DNA from: Octopus vulgaris
Lineage: Eukaryota
Length of the DNA stretch: 64,000 bases
Direction of reading: 5' to 3'
Assembly (NCBI GenBank): GCA_951406725.2
Contig: OX597821.1
Span: forward strand, 67,642,001 to 67,706,000
Shown piece by piece: positions 12,141-27,014 of this stretch; position 1 is the first letter of the stretch; the number at the start of each line of letters is the position of its first letter. The position numbers were made by a program, and so were the translations under genes. The notes under the pieces were generated by a model that did no database searches, had not been told where the DNA came from, and saw nothing but the letters and a program-made list of their open reading frames with translations.

Positions 12141-14478
12141 TAATAACATCACCTTTGGAAACACGGGTCTTTCGTTCATCATCATTAGAGAACCCTCATT
12201 CAAGAACCTACACAATCTGGGGAACATTCTAATTGGGACCTACTTGGAAGGTCATGGGCTGATATGAGCTCAACATGTGGTGAACATATGGTTGTGCTGA
12301 ATGTGCCTGGTGTGCTCTTATGAGATGGATAGTCATGGTGGGTATATTGGGTTTTGTACATTTGTACCACCAACATCACTTTTATGATGTGTGTGTGTGT
12401 GTGTGTGTATGTGTGTGTGTGTTTGCGTGTTCTCGCTTACTCAATAATAATAATACTTTATGGTCACAAGGGCGTGTCACATTGTATTAGCCTAAAGAAC
12501 ATATAAGACAATACAATGACTACAGTATAGTGAGGATTTATATATGCAATTGCAAAACGTAAAGCCAATGACAATTAACAAGAATATCATAGCAACGATA
12601 CTCTCTAAAAGGGTAACATTAATTCGAGCCGACTAAGGTATCCCACAGATCGCGAGTCAACCCGAGAAACTGGCGTACTATGACATCTGCTCTCTTCGCC
12701 CCACTCTCGGGCTGCAGGCGCATCTTTAGAGTAGGTTCGGTCACTCAGGTAAGTCTTGCTACATTCATCCATATTTTCAGAATTTTACTGAGGATGGATA
12801 GTCCCCTCCTACTCATTCCCATTTTTCCTTCTAATAAAACTAGATTTGTTTTTATAGTTATTACGGATTTTTTTCGATATTTTTTATTTACCTATGACCT
12901 GTTTAATGCATTTGTTTATTATTGCTTTTCTCAGCGTCAATATTTCTTCCGGAAATATGTGTGGAGATCATCATCAAAGGCTTTCTAGTAATTATCGATG
13001 ATGTGATCTGACTAAGCATATTCCTTATACAGTCTTCAGTTAGGGCAAAATGAGGTTTTTGCAATACCCCCTCAGCCCTTGTTGAAATTGGCATTAGTTT
13101 GCTTTTGTTTCTGATAGTTATTTATCATTTGCGTTGTAATCGCTAGTAGAAAGCAACTGTACGCATCACCCACTAGGAAAGGAATTGAATGATTCTAGAA
13201 TCTAGATAGTGTGTGCAAGGTAGATTTGTGTCGTCTGTCGCACTTAAATGGATACTGTTCTTAATACTCGTAGCTGAATGTGGATATGTCGGGAACCTCG
13301 AATTTTTACCACATAAGCGAAGGCACTTGAAATAATATTTTGAACAACATCGTGACAAACTTGAAAAGTACTATATACATTATAATCGTTGAAATAATAA
13401 GCTAGCCACAAAGCAAGAAAAATTTTAATCCCTGAAGAAAATCCAGCCCCTGATTACACAGAAGAACCAGAAAAATAAAGCGTCTGTCCTTAATTTATGT
13501 CAAAAATAATTTCGGCACGATTAGAAAAATCGTGTTTATGTACAGGCTGACATAATTTGTTCTGGAGCTACAACATTCCACTCATGTTGTGGTTCAACAG
13601 CGTTGAAAATAGCGTTGATTACACTTCAATGTTCCACGATCTTCTTTTAAAAGAAGATCTATTAATATCAAACGAAGCATTCTGCCAAATGGTGACTACA
13701 TCTTGTCACTTATGCTTCCTATATTAAAAAAAAAGACGAATGGAACGATTTTGATATTACCAAATGTATCTTTGATGTGTCTGATGGACATGAAATTGTT
13801 TCTATTCATATAACTGTCTCATTACACATGTTGGTTTATCCGTGCTCAACAAAAACCAGAGTCCGTCCAATGGTATTTTTTGGGTCTGAATAAGCTTTAC
13901 GGACTCATGACTTCTAAGACTGTGAGCATCATGCAGCAGAAATTCTAAAAGAAAATATATAAAGAAATAAAACTGAAAATAAATCTTTCCATGGACTGAA
14001 AAATTACCCTCCAAGTGATGAAAGTTACCATAAAATTCCAACAACAATAAAAACTGCATCCTGGTTATCGTAGATACGAATATCAATATCAACAGTATAT
14101 CACACTCAGCTGAATTTTGTATGATATATGATTTTGGTTATACACATTGCAGAAAATCCTTCTTCACAACGTTAAATGCATAGGAGGAGCCAAACACGAT
14201 TCCTTGCATTTTTAAAGACAGATGAGTAATTGTTCCCCATGGAACACAAACATTTTGGCAACGAAGCACTCTCAGAATATTTTTGCTGCAGAGTTACAGT
14301 TTCTACGTATTCATTTTGCAGAATGTCTGGAACTGATTTAGGATTAATTCTAAAGGGATTTAGAATGAGTTGATAATGTAATTCGCTAATATCAGGAAAA
14401 TAGAAATGTAATTCATCACACTGTGAAACAAAATAGTTCTGCGCTAACACATTGACTTCATTAATATTTACTACTACC

Positions 14479-14665
14479 AAGGCGGCGAGCTGACGGAATC
14501 GTTATCAAGCCGAGAAAAATGCGTAGTAGTATTTTCTCTGCCGAGATCAGTTGCCTTTCATTCTTTCGTGGTCGATAAAATATGCACCAGCTGTGTACTA
14601 GGGTCTAGTTAATTGACTACCTACAACCATCACCACCACGAATTTCAGGCCTTGTGCCAAATTTT
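14479..14665 (+). mobile_element. SINE-C with an internal deletion
   Basis: Head aaggcggcgagctgacggaatcgtt and body ttgcctttcattctttcgtggtcgataaa. Confidence 0.8.
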
Positions 14666-14747
14666 GAAATCAGTATCAGTTACTCCCTGTGATGTAATGT
14701 TTACACTTATTCTCTCAAAAATAACCTATGCAGCTTTTCATTTATTT

Positions 14748-15083
14748 CTTTTATTTATTTATTTATTTATTTATGCACCCTTTTCAAGCCTAGCCAGTCT
14801 CATAGGCCCGGTTTCTCCTTTTCTGTGGCGTATGTTTCCCCCCCCCCCCCAGCTGGACGGAACGCCAATCCATCGCAGCGTTACTCAAGAAACAAGACGA
14901 AAGAATGAGAGAAAGTTGGGGCGAAAGAGTACAACAGGGGTCACCACCACCCTCTGCCGGAGCCTCGTGGAGCTTTTACGTGTTTTCGCTCAATAAGCAC
15001 ACACAACGCACGGTCTGGGAATCGAAGCCGCGATCCTCCGACCGCGAGTCCGCTGCCCCAAGCACTGGGCCTTTGCGACTCCA
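14748..15083 (-). mobile_element. SINE-B, full length (tRNA head, V-domain-like core, TAAA tail)
   Basis: Core gcgatggattggcgttccgtccag resembles the V-SINE domain. 12-bp TSD tttcatttattt at 14736-14747 and 15085-15096. Confidence 0.9.
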
Positions 15084-15519
15084 ATTTCATTTATTTGGTT
15101 CAAGCTTTATTCTAAATGAATTTCATTTGTTGACGAAGTCTACGGCAATAACATGCTGCTTTAAAATGCCGTGTGGACTTTATTCTTCTAGGATACATAT
15201 TCAAATAGGTTAGCATTTCCACATTTTCATCTTTTGTCTAATTATTTATCTATCTTTTTAATTATTTATTTATGCATTTATATTTCTCTGGAGGATTATC
15301 TTCAAATTTGATTGATTTATTATCCATTCATAGAAACAAGCTTTTCAGCTCTTCTGCCAGCCATCAGCGCAACACGAGCTATCGTGTTATCCCATGGAAA
15401 TTATCACCTTTCTCTGTGAAGCAAAAATTTCTCTTCACAAGATTTAATTATTGATACAACAAACGTAACATACTTGCCTTTAGAATGTCTAAATTTCAGA
15501 AAATGAAGCCCACTTTCTC

Positions 15520-16090
<571 letters not shown>

Positions 16091-17441
16091 AAAGGAATGC
16101 CTATTCTATAATCGAGAACAGATCTCAGAGCTCTAGTGATTGCACAGGAAGCTTCATTTTCTCAAATTCTGTATTCTAGAGACAAGTGTATTTATGTTTG
16201 TTGTATCAATGTACGTGTAGATTTTACTATGCCTGAAGTTTGGTCGCAATATTTTAAATTTGTACCTCTTTCTAGGAAACCAACCTCACAAATTTAGAGT
16301 AAGCAGGAGACCCATCATTAGGTGATTCAGATTAGCACTTTTTGAGAATTACCTTCTTTTCCAAAGATACTAAATACCATTTTATGCCTTCTCTCGTTGT
16401 TTTACTTTCCATAGGTTAAGTAACCATGAATTCTTCTTTAAAGTTTAAATCCTCGGCGTATCTTAGAATACAAGCTACCAGGTGTGAAATTATATGTGAA
16501 GTTGCCAATTTAAAAAGTAAAGACACCCAACAGAACCTCTTTGATTTCCAAAGTTACCTTCAATTCTTCAGCAAAGTTTAGCATTCGACAGTCGAAGAGT
16601 ATTCAGTTGCTTTCCAGCATTTTCTTCCCACAAGTCTCTAGCATTATGTTTGCAGAAAATCAAGACCAAAGTCTCAGTGAGTTTCTTTTCCATTATATAT
16701 ATTTTTTGTAGGGTGAAAGGTGAAATTCTTGGGCCAACCGTGGCAGTTAGGAACGATGAAACAAGTTCAGATCAGTCATAGGTTACCTGATGATCAGCAC
16801 GTCTCATGCGGCCCATGCCTGTCTTAGCTCATTTCTGCTCCCAATATGATTCCTCTCTAGTAGATTGACCAAAATGTGTAGACGAAAAATACCGTTTCAG
16901 TAAGGTCGATTACATTGAATGCTTTAATCCCTCCTCATGTCACATTTAGTGGAAAGTAATTTTCTTCAAGTTATTTTTATAACAATGAAACCAAAGTTGT
17001 ACTTTATTTACGGTATAATGACCTAATTATATGGGTGATACATTAAATATTTTAGTAGTTAACTGGCTAAAAACACAACACTTTTGTATTGAAATTGATC
17101 TAGATGTGTTAAAATGACATTATTATTTAATAAACTTATAAAAAGTTTTGTTCTATATCAATCAACACTGTTTTCAGTTACATTATACAGAGACAGAGGT
17201 TCGACTACCCTTACATAAAATATAAGATGTTTTCTGGTAGGTGTCAAGATTGACGCCTTCTAGGCTGGAGCAAATTTGGCACGGAAAGCAGTCAATAACG
17301 AAACTAATGATGAAGGAATCCGCTATGCATTATACAGAGACGACGTAGGCTTACTAGATATGGTAGACACCTTTAGTTCATCGTGTTTGGTTCAAAATTT
17401 CGGTAGGGTTTACTGAACTTGCTTAACCCTTCAATACTCGG

Positions 17442-17471
<30 letters not shown>

Positions 17472-17477
<6 letters not shown>

Positions 17478-18010
17478 AAAGAAGGAAAATGCACACACTT
17501 TACATAGTTTTAATATATTTTATATTGTATTTATCGAGCGGTTTCGCTTTCGCTAATCATGACGTTGAAATTATTTCATATTTTCTTTAAAAGATCTTAA
17601 TCGATGTTGTGTGTGGAGAAGTTTGTAAACGAATGCTTCGACAAGTAAACAAATCACAAATCTAAGGAGAGGTAATTGGTGATCGTTATTATTGTGGACA
17701 GGGGAGGTAAATGTTCATCTTTCGAAGAGGGGATAAATAAATATATATATACACGAAAACTCGAAATCTAAAATAATGAGATGAAATATGTAGTGATAGG
17801 TATGTGATCCTGAATTAAAATATATACTTAGATCAAAGTAGGTTGTGCGTTCATATTTAGACATGTTCTCTGTTTTTCGATGAACAAATGTTCTTTATTT
17901 AAACGTTCTTGTAATTTCTGTTAGCTCTCTTTCCTCGTTTCAACACGCTGTGTATTTACAGTGAAAAATATTGTATGGTTAGACGATCTAAAGTCTATTT
18001 TTCATCATAT
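17472..18010 (-). mobile_element. Probable Penelope-like element 3' end
   Basis: The minus frame gives ERLNKEHLFIEKQRTCLN, a GIY-YIG C-terminal R..KE..FI...LN pattern. This is followed by a UTR with a degenerate hammerhead-like motif (17531-17649) that ends in (TA)n. Confidence 0.5.
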
Positions 18011-18075
18011 CATCACAGAATTTTTTTTCTTTTGCTCTTATTTATAATTATATATATACATATATACACACATGC

Positions 18076-18117
<42 letters not shown>

Positions 18118-18144
18118 ACACACGTATATATATATATATATGTA

Positions 18145-18428
18145 TTGATATCGTCGGCTCCGAGCATCGGGTTTGCCAGTTTCCCTCCAGTCTCCTCGGC
18201 AGATGCTTGTGTCGAATGTAACTTTGGAGGCCAAGTCGGTGGTGAAAGAGTCGCGGGTAGAATTTGTACAGGATGGTCGGTGCCGGTCGAACAATCTTGA
18301 AGATGCTCCTTTCTTCTCTTGCGTTTAATCTCCTCATTCTGTTGTCTGTTCTCCTCGTAGGAGCTGGCTCCATTGCGGATAGCAGTCCTCCAGTCTGTCC
18401 TATCCTGACAAATAATTTCTGACTTAAT
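18145..18428 (-). mobile_element. RTE-clade LINE 3' fragment
   Basis: Minus frames give QDRTDWRTAIRNGASSYEENR...KRKRRK and RLFHHRLGLQSYIR, typical of the RTE/BovB ORF C-terminus. Confidence 0.75.
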
Positions 18429-18893
18429 GCACCCTCATACCATGAGACACAAGAAGGGGCACGCATGTGTGCGAGTAAATATGCATGTGTGTGAGTATGT
18501 GTATATGTGTGGCAAGCAATATTTCCTAATTTATATGGAAGTTCAACGTAAGAACCTAAATATTTATAACATGTCTCAAAGCAAAGTTAAACTTACCACT
18601 CTTTATCTTTTCTTTAAACCTGATTGACCCAATCTTTTCTACCCACAGCATTCGTTCCTATACCTATCTATATATCTATCTGATACCGTGTATGTATCTC
18701 TAAGCATCAATATTTCAAGGGCAGACTATTGTTTAAAAATCTTAAAATGCCACTTAAGTTCTTGTCTCTACTGCTGAAAACCATACCCATTCGCTTCAAA
18801 TCTTCCCTGGACATTCTTTGTTTTGTGATCTGATGCTTTCAGTCTATGACCAGCTGATACAATGTCAAATCTATATATTCCAACTACTAAAGT

Positions 18894-20292
18894 TTGCGAT
18901 GGGTAAATTGTCGCAATATTATATTTAATTTTGCGCATGCACATTGTTTGTTTTTTCTTTTGTCGATTACACAATTGGGCATTCTCTTATTTCTTTACTG
19001 CCCACAAGGGGCTACACACAGAGAGGACAAACAAGGACAGACAAACGGATTAAGTCGATTATATTGACCCCAGTGAGTAACTGGTACTAATTTAATTGCT
19101 CCCGAAAGGATCAAAGGCAAAGTCGACATCGACGGAATTTGAGCTCAGAACGTAGCGGCAGACGAAATACTGCTAAGCATTTCGCCCGGCGTGTTAACGA
19201 TTCTGCCAGCAGTTGGACACTCTCTGTGAGCAATACAGCACCATGACGCATTTTACTCTGCCAGAAATTTGGAAACGACATGCTTTACGGCTTGGCATTC
19301 GCGCAGGAAGCTCGAATGCGAACATTTCAGAGTGTTTGGGTGTGAACCTGAAGACAGAACAGAGGTTTCGGAAAGAGTTGGATGAGTCTAGTGCTATTTA
19401 CGAAGGTTCAGCAGCTCGAAAAACTCACTCTCATCGTTGTGATAAGAAAAGAATTCGTGAATTTTTTTGGTGAAATCCAGGCCATGATTGACAACGATCC
19501 CTCCAAGTCAATCAGGCCAGTCGCCAGGGACATGAGGGTGTCTGAGTTTTTTTTTTTTTTATCAAGAAGTTAGTGCATGAAGGCTTTCGGTATTTCTCAT
19601 ACAAGATAAGAAAGGCTAATTTTTATCCCAAGCCATCAAGAAGAGGGGGAAAGACCGCGCTATGAAGCTTTTGAACAGACTCAAGCATCCCTTCCAACCG
19701 AACATGTATTGTTTCTTCTCAGAAAACCGAGAGTGATAAAAATCAAACATCCGGTCACCATCAAGGTGTTTGGTTCAATAGTGATGGCGATGTTATCCCT
19801 CCATTCATCTACCCACACGGCCTCAGTCTCAACACGGAACCCAGCATCAAGTGCTCCCTCGGTCAAGAGGGTGTCTGCTGGAATACCTTGTGTCTGCTAA
19901 CAGGACTCTTCACTATGCCACACAAGCAGGATAACGCAATCATGGCTGTCAGACATTTCTGCGTCAACCCCCCCCCCCCCGACATATGGCGAACTAGCTC
20001 CCTAGAATGCAACCCCTTTGGTTATTATGTGTGGAGCGCAGTTGACCGAGAGAGCAACAAAACTCCGCGTAACACCAAAGATGAGCTGAATGAAAGCAAG
20101 GATTATGGCAGCATTCTTAAACAAGGAGACCGCCCAGAGGAGTTGCAGGAAATTCTGAAGTCGTCTGGAGGCTCTAGTTAAAGCCAATGGAGATTTTGTG
20201 AATAAATTTACTCTTCAGCGTTTCAAGATATTTCTACGTAATTTTGGTAAATATACCTGTTAAAATGAAATGTCTGTGATATTTTCATTTTC
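18894..20292 (+). mobile_element. Decayed Tc1/mariner-superfamily (maT/DD37D-like) transposon interrupted by SINE-C
   Basis: WRTSSLECNPFGYYVWSAV is WPPxSPDLNPLDYxVW-like. The left end gcgatgggtaaattgtc matches the end of a second copy at 39440-40262. Confidence 0.8.
18986..19210 (-). mobile_element. SINE-C, best-preserved copy
   Basis: Minus strand gctggcagaatcgttaacacgccgggcgaaatgcttagc...tagccccttgtgggcagtaaagaaat. Decayed TSD aattgggcattctct / agttggacactctct. Confidence 0.85.
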
Positions 20293-20529
20293 TCACCTCC
20301 ATTGTATAACTCCAACTACAATGGATGAAACTGCTTATATAGGTTAATAAAAATATAAGTTAATGAAAATATTTTTCGTATTTTTAATTTGTCTAACATG
20401 ATTAATACAATTATTTCATGTTATGTATTTTTGCCCACTTTGAAATTTATAATTTCTACAAAAACTTGTAAAAAAACTGTTCACTCTATACATACGCACA
20501 CACACACGCACACACAAATACATACCTAC

Positions 20530-20575
<46 letters not shown>

Positions 20576-20597
20576 GGTGTGTAAGGATGGACATATA

Positions 20598-20648
<51 letters not shown>

Positions 20649-21400
20649 GTATATATAATTAAAACTCAGTTTCACGCCACTGGATCAAGAGTGAAAAGTA
20701 TATATTATGTGTGTGTCTGTGTGTCTGTGTGTCTGTATGTCTGTTTATTTGTTTGTGTGTGTCTATGCGTGCGTGCGTGTACTCCCAATCCCGTTAACTA
20801 TATATGCATACCCAGTGTTTACATTTGGCCCTGAGAAAAGAGCAGTTGAAGTGTTAAGTGAAATTTGGCAATCGAGGATCGAATCCACGCAATGCCTGCA
20901 TGAAGTCATTAGAAATACGTTGTGAAATAAAAAAATTATTTACTGTCATGGAAAAAGCGTAACTATAAAAATGCAGAATTATCAAAAAAGTATGTATGTA
21001 TAGAAATGTATGAAGGAAGTCTTTAATGTTTAAGATTCAAATTAACGAAGTGCAAAAATAATGTTTAGCAGTTCAAAACTGTGAGTAGTGAAATGCAGTA
21101 TTAGGTCGGCTGATCGTGAGAATCAAATACTGATCGCTTCGCTAAAACCTGCAGGTGGTATGGATTATTTCCCTTGGGTTGTTTAGATAGAATATTAATA
21201 ATATGTAGTAGATAGAAGGGTCCATTGGATGGGCCCTGTTATCGATTTCTTTCAACAATCTGAGTATGTCACGAAGTTTCCAGACATTAATTCAACTCAC
21301 GTGTCAAGTGTCATCGAAATCAATAAGACAATGTAGGAGGAGTTAGCTAACAACGCCACAAACACACCGATTTTCCCCATTTGTCGTAGATGTAAGTATG

Positions 21401-21461
<61 letters not shown>

Positions 21462-21492
21462 GCGTGCGTGTGCATGTATATATATATATATA

Positions 21493-21709
21493 CGAGGGAG
21501 TGCTGAAATGTTCCTGGCCTTGGGTAAAATAAGATACAGGAGGATAAGTTAATTTTTGTTTCATTCAAAATATTCTCCGCTCAGATCCACACACTTATTG
21601 CAGCGGTCTTTCAGTTTTCCTAAGCTCTGTGAAAGAACTCGGAAGGTTGGACCTCCAACCAATCTTTTCCAAGTAGCCTTAAAGCCAGGAATATTTCAAC
21701 ACCCCTTCG
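21493..21709. mobile_element. Mariner-type MITE
   Basis: TIRs cgagggagtgctgaaatgttcctggc / gccaggaatatttcaacaccccttcg, flanked by TA. Confidence 0.85.
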
Positions 21710-22274
21710 TATATATATACACACATAGTTCTTGTTTTGTTTTTATATTTAGTTTTATATACACATTCTCTATTGCATAGTTTTCAGGACATCCTGTTTA
21801 TTGGCTAGATATCGTAAGCCTGTTTCTTATTTGCTGGCCATGCAAACTCATTTTTAAAGTAATCGATCATTCAATAATTTTCAAAATGGAGGAAAAGATC
21901 AATCGTTTGTGGATATTTTCTCATTTATACTATCAGAGAGTCGAACCAACAATCTAGGAATCTTCTAACTAGTTTCATGAACTATTAAAAAAAAAAACAT
22001 CTTCAATCTTTTTCATTTATTCATTTCCTAATTCTTTCTCTGCTTCTTCGTATTCTTCTTCTATTTCTTCCTCTTTCTCCCCATCTTTATTTTTATTCAT
22101 TCTCTCTCCCTCCTTCTCCTTCGTCATCTTTTTCCCATCATTAATCCTTCGTTTTCTTAAAATCCACACGTTCTGTTCCGCATGCACACGCCCTCTTAAC
22201 ACCACACCCCCTCTGGCACACACATATGTTGAAATACACGTACACACACAAATACACACTCACTCACTCAATCA

Positions 22275-22315
<41 letters not shown>

Positions 22316-22470
22316 ACAGACGGACACGCGCGCGCCGCTTATATTTTCTCTCCTCCAATTTTTTCTATCGCAATTTCATTTCCGGATGGAACAATGTGAT
22401 GGAGACATCTTAAGGTGATGGCGATGAAAATATAACAAAAATAGTATTGATGATGACGATAATGATGATG

Positions 22471-22529
<59 letters not shown>

Positions 22530-22654
22530 AAAGACAACAAATTCGAAAAAATAGTTGGTAAAAAAATTAGATGACATGTGGAAGCGCAGAAAAATTAGGA
22601 GGGATGAGGGAGAATACGGTCATTGAAAGAGGAAGGCGAAGAGAAGACATTAAG

Positions 22655-22842
<188 letters not shown>

Positions 22843-23262
22843 GAAAATAAAAAGCTATATACCACTGGGTAATGGGGACAATGTTTTTATAAGGAGAGAA
22901 GATCGTGATTCCACGTAGGAAGTCTGAAATGAGACAGACGGATAGATATATTACTTTGGTGATTTATAGAAGTAGTAATCGAGACACATACGTACGGACA
23001 CATATATATCTAGATATATATTCAGATAGAGTGATAGTTTGGTAACAGGGTACCGATAGGAAGCGAGAAATAGAAACGTTAGTTTAAAAAATAAGTGATT
23101 ACTTATGACTGCAATATTCACATGCATGTGTGCGAATTGGTAAAACTACATATGCGTAGACAGAAGGGATTCAACAGATAATGCGGTGTATACGTATGTA
23201 TACAAGTATGAATGTGCGTGAACAAGACACGTTTATATATTTTATATACTTACATACATATG

Positions 23263-23296
<34 letters not shown>

Positions 23297-23326
23297 CGGA
23301 CAGGTGCACACACACATACACACACA

Positions 23327-23384
<58 letters not shown>

Positions 23385-23414
23385 AGCATATATGATATAA
23401 TATATGTATGTGTC

Positions 23415-23477
<63 letters not shown>

Positions 23478-23520
23478 ATATATATATAAGAGCATATATG
23501 ATATAATATATGTATGTGTC

Positions 23521-23567
<47 letters not shown>

Positions 23568-23596
23568 GTATACATATATATACATATACATATATA

Positions 23597-23632
<36 letters not shown>

Positions 23633-24258
23633 GTATTGATGTTAAAAGTACATATATGCCTCTTCAATCAAAATTAGAGTATATGCATGCACGTATGTAA
23701 TTATTTGTATATGTATTTATGTATATATGTATGTGTGCACATATATATACATATATATATATGTATGTTGTCTATCTATCTATCTGCCTACTCACACACA
23801 TATATATGTATGAATATATGTATATACATATCTATATATACAAACACGGATATATATTTATATATGCAGCTACACATATACTAACACATGTATAATTACT
23901 TCTTTTGTGGGTAGTAGTGCATGCGTTTTGTTCTCATATGTGTGTGTATATGCGTGTGTGAGGTGAATATAAATTTGTTTCATCGATAAGTTGTTACGTA
24001 AATATTTCTTCAACTTCATGCATAACCACCGAAAATAAAATAAAATAAATATGGAGAGCCGAGAAAAGTATAGCTTTTGGTCAAAATAGATAGCTTGACT
24101 TTTATCTTTGCCATATAGCATGGTTTCGCACATGCATATCTACGTTTAGTCACCATTCCCACTTAAAGTAATTATTTATGCATATATGCGTGTGTGTGTG
24201 TGTGTGTGTGCGTGTATTTGTTTATATATATATATATATATACATATGTATATGAATA

Positions 24259-25494
24259 TATTGTTCGTGCCAATTTATAGTAGCTTACATTTCTACTTAT
24301 TTTACAACACGGTTGAGTCCATAAAATAGGATTTGACTACACTTCCATTTAGAGCACAGTTTATGCTATCTTTTCGTAGAAGAAGGTTTATGTTCCTATA
24401 ACATGTGTTAATTCTGTAACCCTTTAAAATGGAAGATAAAAAAGTTCTTTTTCGGTACTTGATGCTTTTCTTTTTCCACAAAGGGAAAAATGCCTCACAA
24501 GAAACCAAAGAAATATGCGCAGTTTACGGTGATGTTTCTTTATCTGAAAGAGCTATACGGAAGTGATTCGCAAAGTTTCGAGCTGAAGATTGTAGCCTTA
24601 TTGACAAAGAGCGATCAGGCAGACCATCCACTACTGATGATGACCAAATCAAGTCATTAATTGAGAATAACCCACATTGCACAACCCGAGAATTGGCAGA
24701 AAGCGTCAATCTATCAAAATCCGTCGTTAATGAGCACCTGGTAAGTTTGGGTATACAAATCGCTACGATGTTTGGGTACCACATGAGTTGAGTGAGAAGA
24801 ACCTTTTAGATTGCATTTCCATCTGTGTTTGTTTTATAAACGGAATGAAAACGTGCCTTTTTAAAAGCAAATTGTGACGGGTGATGAGAAATGGATTATC
24901 TACCGAAATGTGCAGAGAAAGTAATCCTGGAGTAAGCGACATGAGCCACCTTAGCGACGCCAAAAGCGGGTCTACACCCTAAAAAATCTTGCTTTGTGTC
25001 TGGTGGGATTGGAAAGGAATTCTGTACTATGAGCTTATCTCAAGTAACCAGACAATTACTTCTGAGAAATATTGTACACAACTGGACGAGTTAAAAGCAG
25101 CAATTCCAGAGAAACGTCTAGAATTGGCCAGCAGGAAGGGTGTTGCTTTCCAACAAGACAATGCAGGGCAGCACGTTTCTTTGGGAACCAGACAAAAATT
25201 GCTGCAGCTCGGCTGGGATGTGTTTCCCCCAAACACCATATATTCACTAGATATTGCTCTTTCGGATTTCCACTTATTCAGGTCTCTGCAGAATAATCTT
25301 AAGGGTAAAAATTTCAATTCCTTGGATGACGTAAAATGATACCTCGAGGAATTCTTTACCATGAAACCACCTCAATTCTAGGAAAGTTAAGGGAAAATGT
25401 TTCATATTTCGTTGATAAAAAATGTAATGGCAAGTATTTATTGACCTTTTCCTTTTCTTTCAAAATCGGCACGAACTTCCCAGAAAAACCAATA
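24259..25494 (+). mobile_element. Near full-length mariner element with transposase pseudogene
   Basis: ATG at 24429. Motifs RSGRPST, IVTGDEKWI, LCVWWDWKGILYYEL, QQDNA and YSLDIALSDFHLF. Right TIR aaaatcggcacgaacttcccagaaaaaccaata; left TIR partly deleted. Stops and frameshifts present. Confidence 0.92.
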
Positions 25495-25544
25495 CATATA
25501 TATATGTATATATATATATATATAAATAAATGTGTGTATGTATG

Positions 25545-25603
<59 letters not shown>

Positions 25604-26170
25604 TATATATGTGTTTAAATGTGTATATGCGTCCATGCATATATATATCTCTTATGATAATATATATATATATATATACTTATATCTATAAATATATATA
25701 TATAGATAGATAGATTATATATTTATGCATATAGGTGTGTACGTGAATACATTTTGTATGTATGTTCGAAAAGCAAGGATGCGCACGCATCTATATTGAT
25801 TTGCATTGCATCATCCTTCAACTGATGTGTACATAAGCATACAAGGAAGCTCATACGATTTACTAGATGAACTATTGCATACATTAATCATATTATTTTA
25901 CGATGTAAATAGAAATATTTATGCGTATGACTTTAATTTACATATACACTTCGATGCAAATAGACACACATACACAAACACACACATGCACACACACACA
26001 CATATATATATATATACGTATTTTAAATTGTCGGATAAGATTTTATTATAAATCATTTTAGTTATTTATAAAAAGAAATTGAGATATCATACGTGTATGT
26101 GATTGCGTTTGTGTGTCCGTGTGAATGTGTGTGTGTGTGTGTGTGTGTGTGTCTCTGTGTGTGTGTGTGT

Positions 26171-26224
<54 letters not shown>

Positions 26225-26654
26225 GTGTGTGTGTGTGTAAAAGATGATCTATAGTAGTTATAAACTTTGTACTGATGCAGACTGCCACTCTGAACACTTT
26301 TCTAAAATATTCCAAATTAAGTAAACGTGTCCAACTAACATCACCACGTTTAATTAATGGTTACACTAAATAGCATGTTACATCTATCAACCCAAGTTAT
26401 GCAGCCAAATGAGTTCACTTGATTTATAGTACGGAGCTTAGTTCTATAAATCTTAGCTCTTTGATCCTAAAGAAGAGAAAAGGTGTTAGGGTTCGTTTAG
26501 GCTAGCTCTTGCTCCACACAGATTCTTACACTCTTCAAACTGCGGCGGTCGGAGAGTTTTTTTTTAATACTGGGTTGCCTCTTAAATAATATCCCGCGAC
26601 TCTAAAAGAAGAAAAGAACATTGAAAAATGTAGTTTACAGTGTTTTGTACAGTA

Positions 26655-27014
26655 GTGGCAGTATGGTAAGAAGTTTGTTTCCCAGCCACGTGGGCCGGAG
26701 TTTTCTATAATAGCTTCGCGCATAGAAGTGCCTTATGAGTGGATTTGCAAGACGGAAATTGAAGGAAACCTGTTATGTTTGTGAGGGTGTGTATGTATGT
26801 GTGTTTGTATATGTGAGTGTTGGTGTGTTTTCGTCTGTAAATTAGCTTTTTGGCAAAGGTAATTTATGTATGTATCAGGTGATGTATATCTCATTGAATA
26901 TGCATTCGGTGTTAAAAACAAGGACTGGTGGTGATTCATTCGACTAAAACTCTTAATGATGGTGTCACAGGAGGGCTGCAGTCCAATGACTGAAACAAGT
27001 AAAAGATAAAAGAT
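26655..27014 (+). mobile_element. Degenerate SINE-A
   Basis: gagtggatttgcaagacggaaattgaagg...aatgactgaaacaagtaaaagataaaag. Confidence 0.7.

Noticed and set aside
12700-14100. A second decayed DNA transposase on the minus strand (KIPLDGLWFLLSTDKPTCVM, QKPHFALTE)
   Set aside because: Suggestive of a hAT-like element but too degraded to delimit or classify by eye.
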